A stretch of DNA of 32,000 bases from Nitrososphaerota archaeon (GCA_022564515.1 JADFLH010000006.1:5326-37325), one strand, 5' to 3'. Positions 7,888 to 16,174 are shown, counted from the first letter of the stretch. Notes: generated by a model from the letters alone, not told the origin. Translations and numbers: made by a program.

Positions 7888-8010
7888 TTAGTTTTTTATT
7901 CCCTCATGTATGCCAAAGAGACATTCAGCGCACATTTTGTTTTGCTCAAAAACCGAATTGAAGCAATAGCATTTCTTACAATTACACTGAAAGCTTTCTA
8001 ATTTCAGCAT
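7888..8010 (-). CDS. possible 40-aa zinc-ribbon protein, below the ORF-track cutoff
   Basis: Hand-translated as MLKLESFQCNCKKCYCFNSVFEQNKMCAECLFGIHEGIKN, with CxCxxC ... CxxC. It overlaps the 3' end of the 84-aa ORF in another frame. Confidence 0.25.
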   Translation of the reverse strand: MLKLESFQCNCKKCYCFNSVFEQNKMCAECLFGIHEGIKN

Positions 8011-8236
8011 GTTTCCAATCTCCTATATCATAACCATCGCGTCTGAGATATTTCAATGTAAGCTTGTAAACGAGTTCGTCATGATCTACTTTTTCTAAAA
8101 GCTCATCCCATAACACTTTGCTTTTCTTATCAATCTCATTTTTTATTTGCACATTCATAGATTCGGCAATTTCTTCGCACTGGCTGAAGGTTTTTCCATT
8201 CTTATAAGCTCGTGTTCTGGTATCACAGCTATCCAT
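7982..8236 (-). CDS. hypothetical protein
   Basis: 84-aa ORF. No recognisable motif. Confidence 0.45.
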   Translation of the reverse strand: MDSCDTRTRAYKNGKTFSQCEEIAESMNVQIKNEIDKKSKVLWDELLEKVDHDELVYKLTLKYLRRDGYDIGDWKHAEIRKLSV

Positions 8237-8312
8237 ATTTTATTTTTGTTCTCATAGAATAAAAATGTGGGTGATTAGTTCAAAATCAAAATGAGTATAT
8301 CATGAAAATCAC

Positions 8313-8333
8313 AAAAAAGGGGGGGGTGGGTGT
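8313..8333 (-). terminator. possible oligo-T termination signal preceded by a C8 run (transcript sense cacccacccccccctttttt)
   Basis: Starts immediately after the stop (8334-8336) of the 112-aa ORF. Archaeal termination commonly uses oligo-T tracts. The + strand shows G8 at 8319-8326. Confidence 0.35.
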
Positions 8334-8672
8334 TTACTGCACCTTCATATCTTTATAATTAAAGGGTGGGATATTCATCTCTAAGAATTCTTTCAGTCTT
8401 TGTGTGATATCTTCTGTCGTAATATCATCCATACTGGGTGAGCCTATTTCAAAGGATATTTTGTTGGCACCAATGTTTGCATTCTGTATAACAAGATCTG
8501 CATATTGATTTGTAATTTCGTTGACATAGTACTCGGCTTCATCTGTCTTTACATCTGTAACTTCCCATTCTACTTTTATAGGTTTGAACTTTGCATCTCC
8601 AGCATAATCCTTTCCTGAGGAAAGGCCTTGATCTTTTGCAACTTCAGCATCTACCATTACAAAATATATCAT
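8334..8672 (-). CDS. hypothetical acidic protein
   Basis: 112-aa ORF. A TATA-like tatttaaa lies about 38 nt upstream of the ATG, and a palindrome copy lies 60 nt upstream. Confidence 0.5.
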   Translation of the reverse strand: MIYFVMVDAEVAKDQGLSSGKDYAGDAKFKPIKVEWEVTDVKTDEAEYYVNEITNQYADLVIQNANIGANKISFEIGSPSMDDITTEDITQRLKEFLEMNIPPFNYKDMKVQ

Positions 8673-8732
8673 CTGATGAAATAAAAACTATCCTAGCTTT
8701 TTCTTTAAATACTTTGAACATAATTCACGTTA

Positions 8733-8750
8733 ACAGTTCGTATCAAATGT
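8733..8750. repeat. exact copy of the dispersed imperfect palindrome: acagttcgtatcaaatgt (extended ttaacagttcgtatcaaatgttaa, 8730-8753)
   Basis: Read directly. It is inverted relative to the 6493 copy. Intergenic, between nre (stop at 8869) and the 112-aa ORF (start at 8672). Confidence 0.9.
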
Positions 8751-8868
8751 TAATTTGTATAAAAAAGGAAAATAAGCTAATTGAATTAAATTACTTTAAA
8801 CAAAACTTGGCCTAAAATAGAACAGCCTAAAATTAATTATTAATTTATCAATGATTTGTAGAATCAAT

Positions 8869-10026
8869 CTAAAAGAAATCAGAGATTCTCTTTTGTCTCA
8901 TTAATTTCAAAATAAAACCATGAGAAAGCCATTCTTTTGTACTAATACTCATGGGTTTAGCTGCAACATCAAGAGCATTCCCAAAGCTATCAGCTAAAAC
9001 AGGCTTTTGCTTCATAGCTTCTCGTACTCCTTCACGAATCTGCCAAACCCCAATAGGTATTGCATATTCTGGTCTTATCTCTCGCAAAACCAAGGCTCCT
9101 GATTGAATCTGGTTCCTTACAAGATATTCCCCAACAGCTAGCTTTGCTGCAAAGTAAGCACCAGCTATTTCAGGCGGATGATCAATTCCTCGCGCATCCT
9201 CATGATCAGAACCAAATCCCAATACTCCTTTTGAATACCATGCCTCTATCATTTCATATAGCCACCTGTACGGAAATAGTATCACAGAAAAAAGATTACC
9301 CATATGCTCAAAATGAAAAACCCTGACACCGTCAATTAAGGGATAATCAAGAGTCTCATCAATCAATGACTTTGATATAATATCATCAGTTGCAGTAATG
9401 CTCCATCGTGTAGGAACAAGTTTTCTTTTCTTTCCCATCATTCCAATCGAAAAGCATTTTTGAATCTGTGAAATCTCTATTCCAGAATTGTACAGCTTTA
9501 AAACAGCATCTGATGCTAAAAGGTCCCTGTCATAATACACTTTTTCAATTTGTCTTTGAGATGGCGAGCTTGAAAACTTGACACTCTTTATCTCCCCAAT
9601 TGGTCCAAATGGAGCACTATAACCATCAAGCAACCCAACAGGGGAAGTGGCCTTGTAAAACCGGATGTCTGAATCTGTTGCAGTTTCGGACATTGCAAGC
9701 TCTTGCAAATTCTCAATGTATCTGCCAGAAGGATCACTTACTGGAACCTTTTGGATTCCTCGAACCAGGTTTAGACGATAGTTTACTATTTCCTCTAGTG
9801 TTTTTCCAATCCATTTTTCAGGAGTATCTAAAAGACTGGTATCTCCATGAATTGGTGGAACCATTGGACCGACATTCACTTTGGGATAGTTATACGAACC
9901 AACAAAAACAGAAGGGGGGCTTGTTCCACTCAAAGAATCTGATGAAAAAAGATTCCCATACTTTGAGAGGTACTCGTTCCATTTAGCTTCAATTGCCTTT
10001 CTGATGTCTTGTGAGCTTGAAACCAC
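8869..10026 (-). CDS. nreA: Nre-family archaeal DNA repair protein (NreA-like) with a C-terminal PIP box
   Basis: SPPSVFVGSYNYPKVNVGPMVPP near the N-terminus matches what I recall of the Nre (DUF650/651) family, and the length of 385 aa fits. The extreme C-terminus QKRISDFF fits Qxx[ILM]xx[FY][FY]. GTG start. Confidence 0.78.
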   Translation of the reverse strand: MVSSSQDIRKAIEAKWNEYLSKYGNLFSSDSLSGTSPPSVFVGSYNYPKVNVGPMVPPIHGDTSLLDTPEKWIGKTLEEIVNYRLNLVRGIQKVPVSDPSGRYIENLQELAMSETATDSDIRFYKATSPVGLLDGYSAPFGPIGEIKSVKFSSSPSQRQIEKVYYDRDLLASDAVLKLYNSGIEISQIQKCFSIGMMGKKRKLVPTRWSITATDDIISKSLIDETLDYPLIDGVRVFHFEHMGNLFSVILFPYRWLYEMIEAWYSKGVLGFGSDHEDARGIDHPPEIAGAYFAAKLAVGEYLVRNQIQSGALVLREIRPEYAIPIGVWQIREGVREAMKQKPVLADSFGNALDVAAKPMSISTKEWLSHGFILKLMRQKRISDFF

Positions 10027-10114
10027 TGGATTTTATGCCTATTTTGTGCCTAATAAGATAGTGTTGAGTATGGTTTTTACCATCATAGTTACTTATTAAA
10101 CCAAAGTCTTAACG

Positions 10115-10239
10115 AATTCATCGACAAAGAGAAAAAAGGGAAAACCTTCCCCTCATCCTACGCACAAAAAATCAACCATGACTCACGTTATGATGGATGG
10201 TGTGAGTTGTTGGAAAAGTTTACAGTTCGTATCAAATGT
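10115..10239 (+). ncRNA. candidate structured RNA / conserved intergenic element, copy A (ends in the palindrome)
   Basis: About 70% identical by hand alignment to 13438-13556. Helix cgacaa(10122-10127)/ttgttg(10207-10212) and helix catcc(10154-10158)/ggatg(10195-10199) both covary with copy B. G-T pairs exist only on the + strand. A local hairpin is gggaa-aacc-ttccc. Confidence 0.4.
10222..10239. repeat. exact copy of the dispersed imperfect palindrome: acagttcgtatcaaatgt
   Basis: Read directly. It is the 3' end of element A, 195 nt upstream of the nre start on the opposite strand. Confidence 0.9.
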
Positions 10240-10497
10240 ATGAAATGTTGTTTGATTAAAACATACTTTCTTTTTTATTCCTTGAAACCATATTCCAAGC
10301 ATGTTCGATTTATGGGCAACATTGACTGGTCTTATGGCTCAAATTGCTAGTATTTTTGGATTATAATGAAAAAATTAAAGCGAGATAGATGATTGACAGT
10401 CTTATAATAACTATAAAAGCAAATGTCCAGAATGTGGTGCAAAATCTAGGGTAATTCCAAGAATTTAGGAAACTATTATTTCTTATTTTCTTTTTTT

Positions 10498-10515
10498 ACA
10501 ATTGATGCGAACTGA
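10498..10515. repeat. degenerate copy (15/18) of the dispersed imperfect palindrome: acaattgatgcgaactga
   Basis: Read directly. It lies 90 nt upstream of the rtcB start and is followed at once by a TATA-like aaattataag. Confidence 0.6.
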
Positions 10516-10605
10516 AAATTATAAGAACACTTATCGATTCAGATTTGAAATTCCTCCTTCAACTTATGATTTAAATTATCTAAACATGGTTTTTTACCGT
10601 TCATA

Positions 10606-12054
10606 ATGTCTACAACGTCTCCAAAAAAAATTGGTGAGATGGAGTACATAATAGAACCTGATTCCACAAATGGCATGAAGGTTCCTATTAGAATTTTTGC
10701 AAATGAATCTCTTCTTACTAAAATGACAGCTGATAGGACAATTTGGCAGGCAACAAATGTTGCATCCATGCCAGGAATTGTTGGGCATACAGTTGTGTTG
10801 CCAGATGGTCATGAAGGATATGGGTTCCCAGTGGGATGTGTTGCTGCCATGGATGCAAAAGAAGGAATGATTAGTCCTGGAGGAGTAGGTTATGATATTA
10901 ACTGCGGAGTTAGACTTGTTCGAACAAATTTGATGGAATCAGATGTACGACCACAAATTAAGGAACTTGTAACCGATCTTTTCAATTCAATTCCATCAGG
11001 AGTGGGTTCAAAAGGAACTATAAGGCTTAGTCAATCACAACTTGATGAAGTTTTAGTTAGAGGAGTTCAATGGGCCATAGACAATGGATATGGAACATCT
11101 GAAGATGCCGAAGCATGTGAAGAATCTGGTCAAATGGAAAATGCTGATCCAAACAAGGTTTCAGATAGAGCAAGAAAAAGAGGTGCACCACAACTTGGTA
11201 GCTTAGGTTCAGGAAATCATTTCCTTGAAATACAACGTGTTGAAGAAGTACATGACGAAGAAGCTGCAAAAAGAATGGGAATTGAAAAAGGGCACATCAC
11301 AATTCTTATTCATTGTGGTTCTAGAGGTTTTGGCCATCAAATATGCAGTGATTATCTAAGAACTTCCGAAAGAGCATTGGCAAAGTACAACATTGAATTA
11401 GCTGATAGAGAGTTAGCTTGTGTTCCAAATACCTCTGAAGAGGGAGAATCTTATAGAAAGGCAATGTTCTCAGCACTAAATTTTGCATGGTGTAATAGGC
11501 ACATGATCACTCATTGGACAAGAAAATCATTTGAACGTGTACTCAAACAATCAGAATCAGATCTTGAAATGAATTTAGTGTATGATGTTGCACACAACAT
11601 TGCAAAGGTGGAAAATCACAAAATTGAGGGAAAGGAAAGATCTGTTGTGGTTCATAGAAAAGGAGCTACTCGCGCCTTTCCAGCAAATAGAGATGAAGTT
11701 CCAAAAAAATACAGAGATTTAGGACAACCCGTATTTATTCCAGGGTCCATGGGCACTGCAAGTTGGATTTTACTTGGCCAACCAAACTCAATGAATCTAA
11801 CTTTTGGTTCAACAGCCCATGGTGCAGGAAGAACGATGTCTAGAACAAAGGCAAGAAAAAGTTTTACTGAATCCCAAGTAAAAAAATCGTTGAGTGATAA
11901 GGGAATTTTTATAAAATCTCTTACTAGAGATGGCATAGTTGAGGAAACTCCTCAAGCCTACAAGGATGTTGATGCAGTAGTTCATGTCTCTCATGAATTA
12001 GGAATTGCCACCAAGGTTGCCAAACTTATTCCTATAGGTGTGATTAAGGGTTGA
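10606..12054 (+). CDS. rtcB: RNA-splicing ligase RtcB (3'-phosphate/5'-hydroxyl RNA ligase)
   Basis: 482 aa. MPGIVGHTVVLPDGHEGYGFPVG, GGVGYDINCGVRL, GSGNHFLEIQ, HCGSRGFGHQ, GSMGTASWIL and STAHGAGR are the canonical RtcB metal- and GTP-binding motifs. Confidence 0.96.
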   Translation: MSTTSPKKIGEMEYIIEPDSTNGMKVPIRIFANESLLTKMTADRTIWQATNVASMPGIVGHTVVLPDGHEGYGFPVGCVAAMDAKEGMISPGGVGYDINCGVRLVRTNLMESDVRPQIKELVTDLFNSIPSGVGSKGTIRLSQSQLDEVLVRGVQWAIDNGYGTSEDAEACEESGQMENADPNKVSDRARKRGAPQLGSLGSGNHFLEIQRVEEVHDEEAAKRMGIEKGHITILIHCGSRGFGHQICSDYLRTSERALAKYNIELADRELACVPNTSEEGESYRKAMFSALNFAWCNRHMITHWTRKSFERVLKQSESDLEMNLVYDVAHNIAKVENHKIEGKERSVVVHRKGATRAFPANRDEVPKKYRDLGQPVFIPGSMGTASWILLGQPNSMNLTFGSTAHGAGRTMSRTKARKSFTESQVKKSLSDKGIFIKSLTRDGIVEETPQAYKDVDAVVHVSHELGIATKVAKLIPIGVIKG

Positions 12055-12488
12055 GTGACAATGATAAAGAATTAGAAAAATTAAAGGAAAGGCGATTAGC
12101 TGAAATGCAGAAAAATATTTTGTTTAAACAAAAACAAGAGAAACTTTTGGCTTCACAGAAGGAACAGCCAGACGAAGAACTAAAACCACGTGACATTCTT
12201 GCAAGTAGATTAGGTTATAGAGGGCTAGAAGTACTTCAAAATGCTGAATCACAATTTCCAAACGAAACTAAAATCGTCGTTGAAAAATTATCAGAACTTA
12301 TTTCCGCTGGTGAGGTTAATGAACAGATGGATGGTGGTAAACTTTTACTTCTGTTTAGATCTGTAGGTCTCAACGTAAGAGTAAAGACAAAAATTAGCAT
12401 TGAAGAAGATGGAAAATTTGTTTCACTTTCGGAGAAGCTAAGTGTAAAATATTCAAGTTCTGAACCTACAAATCAAACAGATAATTAA
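12051..12488 (+). CDS. PDCD5/TFAR19-like double-stranded DNA-binding protein
   Basis: Overlaps the rtcB stop by 4 nt (TTG start in the track, so the start is uncertain). ELEKLKERRLAEMQK ... RLGYRGLEVLQNAESQFPNETKIVVEKLSELISAGEV resembles the archaeal PDCD5 family as remembered. Confidence 0.55.
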   Translation: MSDNDKELEKLKERRLAEMQKNILFKQKQEKLLASQKEQPDEELKPRDILASRLGYRGLEVLQNAESQFPNETKIVVEKLSELISAGEVNEQMDGGKLLLLFRSVGLNVRVKTKISIEEDGKFVSLSEKLSVKYSSSEPTNQTDN

Positions 12489-12490
12489 TA

Positions 12491-12783
12491 ATGGCCATAA
12501 TTCTTGAAATTGCTACAACTAACTACGACAATGATATTCTTCAAATTAAAAAAGCCCTATCGCATCTTCAAACCACTTGTGAGATATCTGAAGGCTATTT
12601 GCTAAGTAAACCTGTGTCAAAATTTGGCGGGATTTTTTTTCAATTATTATTAAAATCCGACTTTAATTACAGTATTGAAAATTTTTTTTTAGCATGATCC
12701 AAAAGTATAGGGGAAAAACAAAGCGAAATTTACAAACTTTATGTCTGACTTTTTTCAAACACGAGAATTCAAAATTAAATTAA
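12491..12783 (+). pseudogene. paralog of the 3145-3453 gene, interrupted by a frameshift at a T9 tract (12682-12690)
   Basis: The frame from 12491 stops at 12697 (..YSIENFFLA*). The frame starting at 12691 (SMIQKYRGKTKRNLQTLCLTFFKHENSKLN*, stop at 12781-12783) continues the alignment to the paralog C-terminus (GMM..., QLKNYLGHFFESKGS). One extra T would give about 97 aa against 102 aa for the paralog. Confidence 0.55.
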
Positions 12784-12796
12784 AACTAATAGAATC

Positions 12797-13300
12797 CTAA
12801 ACTCTCCTTCCTCTTTTACCACCTTTTTTTCTAGTGGTATCGTGAGGTATAGGAGTAACATCATCAATGCGACCAATTTTGAATCCCCCTCTTACTAGAG
12901 CTCTAATAGCAGCTTGAGCTCCTGGTCCGGGAACTCTAGAACCTACTCCTCCAACTGCTCTTACCCTAATGTGTATATTAGTAAAGCCTTTTGTCCTTGC
13001 AGCCTCCACTACTGCTTTAGCTGCTTTCATTGCTGCGAATGGTGAGGATTCATATCTATCAGCATTAACATGTATGCCTCCAGAACTGACTGCCACAGTT
13101 TCAGCACCAGTCAAATCTGTCATGTGAATAATTGTGTTATTGAAACTACTGAAAATATGGGCAATTCCCCATTTTTCTGGTTCTTCCTTTTTAGTTTCTG
13201 GTTTGGATTCAGTTTTAGTTTCGGACTTTGATTCACCCTCTTCTGATTTTGGAGGTTTTTTTGCTTCTGTATTCACTTCAGTTTCAGGCAACGTTTTCAC
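12797..13300 (-). CDS. rps11: 30S ribosomal protein uS11 with a K/E/T-rich N-terminal extension
   Basis: [33 protein letters not shown] ... RVRAVGG...[12 protein letters not shown] is canonical S11. The first ~43 aa are low-complexity ([16 protein letters not shown]). Confidence 0.93.
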   Translation of the reverse strand: MKTLPETEVNTEAKKPPKSEEGESKSETKTESKPETKKEEPEKWGIAHIFSSFNNTIIHMTDLTGAETVAVSSGGIHVNADRYESSPFAAMKAAKAVVEAARTKGFTNIHIRVRAVGGVGSRVPGPGAQAAIRALVRGGFKIGRIDDVTPIPHDTTRKKGGKRGRRV

Positions 13301-13437
13301 ACACCTTGATGGGTTTAAAAAACATTAGTCTTAGTTTTTTCAAGGGTTAATCTCAAATTCTTAAGATAAATTGCTGGATTAGTGTGTGTGAACCATGATC
13401 AAACACTTTTTTAGACAAACTTTTGTAAGTACTTACA

Positions 13438-13556
13438 AATTCATTGACAAGGAGTAAAAAAGCAATCCTCCCCCTTCTGTGCGTGAATTTTCCGTTATGA
13501 CTAGCGTTATGACATGAAGGTGAGTTGTCGGAGCATTTACAGTTCGTATCAAATGT
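13438..13556 (+). ncRNA. candidate structured RNA / conserved intergenic element, copy B (ends in the palindrome)
   Basis: Homologous to 10115-10239. Helix tgacaa(13445-13450)/ttgtcg(13525-13530) and helix ccttc(13473-13477)/gaagg(13516-13520) keep pairing through compensatory changes. Contains the direct repeat cgttatgac-tag-cgttatgac. Confidence 0.4.
13539..13556. repeat. exact copy of the dispersed imperfect palindrome: acagttcgtatcaaatgt
   Basis: Read directly. It is the 3' end of element B, 238 nt upstream of the rps11 start on the opposite strand. Confidence 0.9.
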
Positions 13557-13915
13557 AAAAAAAGAAAGAACCTGATTATGGCTAGCGCTAATCGTACGTT
13601 ATGATTCGTTGCAATTTTACGTTCCGAGTCTATTGCATGTATCTGATTGATGCCTTTTCAATCTCACTTCGGATATTATCATAATCAACAGGTGTTAGAT
13701 CAGTAATCTTGTTGCTTTTTGTAGCCATTGAATAAACTTATTTTGTGTTCATAAAAGAAACCGTGTCTATTTTTTTTCCTTATACTGTCTAGCAATCCAA
13801 TTAGAATTTTAAATTTTCAAAATAGTGTTTACAGTAATCTAGTAATAGATTGTTGCGAAATTTTAGAATTTTTGATAGAGGATTTAATTGAAATTTCTAA
13901 AGTCTATTTAAAATA

Positions 13916-14869
13916 TTAACTTCTGAAATGTTGCCAGCCAGAATCTTTTATTCTAGTAGTTTTTCCATTATGAAGAAAAACCACACCTTTGCCTTTTGTA
14001 ACATGCCCAATCTCTATTAAAGGAACTTTTAGTTTTCTAGCAAGTTTAGTCAGTTTCGTCCTATTTTTTGGAGAAGAAGTAAAAACAATCTCATATTCTT
14101 CACCCCCATTGAAAATTAGTTCATAAAGACTTAGTTTGTTAGAATTTGCAAATTCAACAATATCAGAATTACTTGGTGCCTTTGTTATGACGAATCGGCC
14201 TTTACTTTGCCTTGAAAGTTCATTCAAAGTAGTCGATAGACCATCACTTGAATCCATTGATGATGAAAAATATTTTTTTGCTTTTAATCCAAATTTTAGT
14301 TTGGATTTAGGTTTTGAAAAAGCCAATTTAGCTCTTTTTGCAAACTTCTTTTTGGCTTTTTTCTTGTCAAGAAGAATTCTTAAACCAGCTGCAGAATATC
14401 CAAATGGCCCAGTAACAAAAATCACATCTCCACTTTTTGCCCCTTTTCTTAGTATGATCTTTTTACTAAATCCAACAAGAGAAACTTGTATTACCAATTC
14501 TTTTCCTTCATTTGTGTCACCTCCCAAAATTTTAAAATCTAATTTTTTAGCAGTAGTTCCCAATGCCTTGCTTAACTGCTTAATTTTTAATTTTGAATAA
14601 TTTCGTGGAATTATGACAGAGATTACGCCAAATGAAGGTTTCACTCCCTTTGCTGCAAAATCACTTACACAAGCAATTATGCTTTTTCTTATAGTGTGCG
14701 AAATTCTAGATCGAGGCGGAATGTCCGTACTTTCAACAAGAGTATCTATATTTACCACGCATTTCGTTTTTCCAAGATTAAAAACCTCAACATCTTCAGA
14801 AACAAATTTTCCTTTTTTTAATCCACTTTGAAATATTTTGATAATTTGGGCCTCACTTAACTTGTTCAT
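13916..14869 (-). CDS. thiL: thiamine-monophosphate kinase (ThiL; AIR synthase-related PurM superfamily)
   Basis: LSEAQIIKIF, NIDTLVESTDIPP, ACVSDFAAKGVKP, ILGGDTNEG and GDVIFVTGPFGYSAAGLRIL follow the ThiL motif order. A K-rich insertion is present (KKKAKKKFAKRAK). Confidence 0.82.
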   Translation of the reverse strand: MNKLSEAQIIKIFQSGLKKGKFVSEDVEVFNLGKTKCVVNIDTLVESTDIPPRSRISHTIRKSIIACVSDFAAKGVKPSFGVISVIIPRNYSKLKIKQLSKALGTTAKKLDFKILGGDTNEGKELVIQVSLVGFSKKIILRKGAKSGDVIFVTGPFGYSAAGLRILLDKKKAKKKFAKRAKLAFSKPKSKLKFGLKAKKYFSSSMDSSDGLSTTLNELSRQSKGRFVITKAPSNSDIVEFANSNKLSLYELIFNGGEEYEIVFTSSPKNRTKLTKLARKLKVPLIEIGHVTKGKGVVFLHNGKTTRIKDSGWQHFRS

Positions 14870-16160
14870 AACTTTGTTTCACTAATTCTTTAGTATGTTG
14901 TAATATTTTTTTACATTTTTCAAAATCATTTGATTCCGCAGAAACTCTTATGACATCTTCGGTATTTGATTTTCTAACTAATATCCAACTATCTTCATCT
15001 ATTTTTCCTTTAATTCCATCAAGAATAGAAATTTCACTGCATTCTGATTTAATTCTATCATGAAGTAATTCTATTATTTTATCATGGAATTGCGAATCAA
15101 TTTCGAGCTTATCTCTTAACATATGGTAGTTTCCCATGAAAGTTAATACTTCATTGAAAATTTCACTTCCCACCATCGAAGCAATTAGTCCACTAGTTAG
15201 TATAGCATCTCTACAGTAATTGAATTCCGGTAAAATAAAACCACCACTACTTCCCTCGCCTCCTACATGGGCTTTAATTTTTAAAACTAAATCAATAACA
15301 TTAGCTTCACCAACTTTTGATCTATGGACCTCTCCTCCTCTTTCCTTGATGATTTTTTCAATAGAAATACTGGTATCAGTACTTAGAACAAATTTTTTAT
15401 AACCTAATTCCAAAACTTTTGCAGCTCCAAGTCCTATAGTTACATCGGGAGATTGTTTTTTCCCATCTTTTACAATCACCAAGCGGTCCCCATCCAAATC
15501 ATATGCAAATCCAAGATCATTTTTCTGCGATTTTGTTATCAAATCAAAAAGCTTGTCTGTAGTAGGATCTGGTCCTCTTGAGGAATTTGTAATATCTGCA
15601 TTAATCACCTGTATCTTACAACCAATTTTTTCTAAAAGTGCAGGAGCAACAAATTTTGCAGCGCCACCACCAATATCTACAACAACCTTGGGAGAATTTT
15701 TTAAATTGCCAACCAGTTTGGCTGCCTCATCTACATAATCTGAAACAATCTGAGTTTCTTTACCAATTTTTGATTTTGGCAAAGATTGATCGTTTATCAC
15801 TACTTTTAATTCTTGTTCGTTAATACCCCTGCCATTAACTATGAATTTTAAACCATTCCATTCTATCGGATTATGGGATGATGTAATTACCAAACCTGCA
15901 CCATAATTTCTTGCTTCTCTAAAAACAACAGGTGTTGGGGACATGCCTAAATTAAAAATATCAATCCCATTTTGTATCATTGAAGCAATTGCAGTTTCCC
16001 TGAGCATATTTGCAGAAGGTCTCGTGTCATTTGCAATAACACATTTTTTTGATTTTATCAAAGCTGAAAAATTATTACAAAATTTTAAAACATCCTTTAA
16101 TGTTAAATCATCTCCAATAATGCCTCTAATGCCAGAGATAGATTTTTTCATTTTGATCAA
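14853..16160 (-). CDS. glmM: phosphoglucosamine mutase / phosphomannomutase (alpha-D-phosphohexomutase family)
   Basis: SGIRGIIG, active-site loop ITSSHNPIEWNGLKF, metal loop FAYDLDGDRLVIV and sugar loop GGEGSSGGFI. Overlaps thiL by 17 nt. Confidence 0.88.
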   Translation of the reverse strand: MIKMKKSISGIRGIIGDDLTLKDVLKFCNNFSALIKSKKCVIANDTRPSANMLRETAIASMIQNGIDIFNLGMSPTPVVFREARNYGAGLVITSSHNPIEWNGLKFIVNGRGINEQELKVVINDQSLPKSKIGKETQIVSDYVDEAAKLVGNLKNSPKVVVDIGGGAAKFVAPALLEKIGCKIQVINADITNSSRGPDPTTDKLFDLITKSQKNDLGFAYDLDGDRLVIVKDGKKQSPDVTIGLGAAKVLELGYKKFVLSTDTSISIEKIIKERGGEVHRSKVGEANVIDLVLKIKAHVGGEGSSGGFILPEFNYCRDAILTSGLIASMVGSEIFNEVLTFMGNYHMLRDKLEIDSQFHDKIIELLHDRIKSECSEISILDGIKGKIDEDSWILVRKSNTEDVIRVSAESNDFEKCKKILQHTKELVKQSYEQVK

Positions 16161-16174
16161 AACCAGAAAGGCTT

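Noticed and set aside
8319-8332. G-quadruplex potential of ggggggggtgggtg.
   Set aside because: It does not provide four separated G3 runs with loops. A stable intramolecular G4 is unlikely.
8591-8815. 74-aa ORF on the + strand spanning the palindrome copy at 8733.
   Set aside because: It overlaps the 5' end of the 112-aa minus-strand gene and runs through promoter-like AT-rich DNA. Its composition looks non-coding.
10179-10244. Short ORF inside element A (MTHVMMDGVSCWKSLQFVSNV) as a possible micropeptide.
   Set aside because: The equivalent frame in element B stops after 6 codons (MTSVMT). The conservation pattern fits RNA or DNA structure, not coding.
10240-10500. Small ORFs in the nre-rtcB spacer (a 21-aa hydrophobic peptide MFDLWATLTGLMAQIASIFGL, and a KCPECG half zinc ribbon).
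   Set aside because: The zinc-ribbon-like frame has no start codon after an upstream stop. The 21-aa ORF has no supporting signal. There is not enough evidence to call either.
10115-13556. Elements A and B as direct-repeat att sites flanking a 3.3-kb genomic island.
   Set aside because: The copies are only about 70% identical, with compensatory changes, which indicates selection on structure rather than a recent duplication. The enclosed genes (rtcB, rps11) are core housekeeping genes, and no integrase is present.
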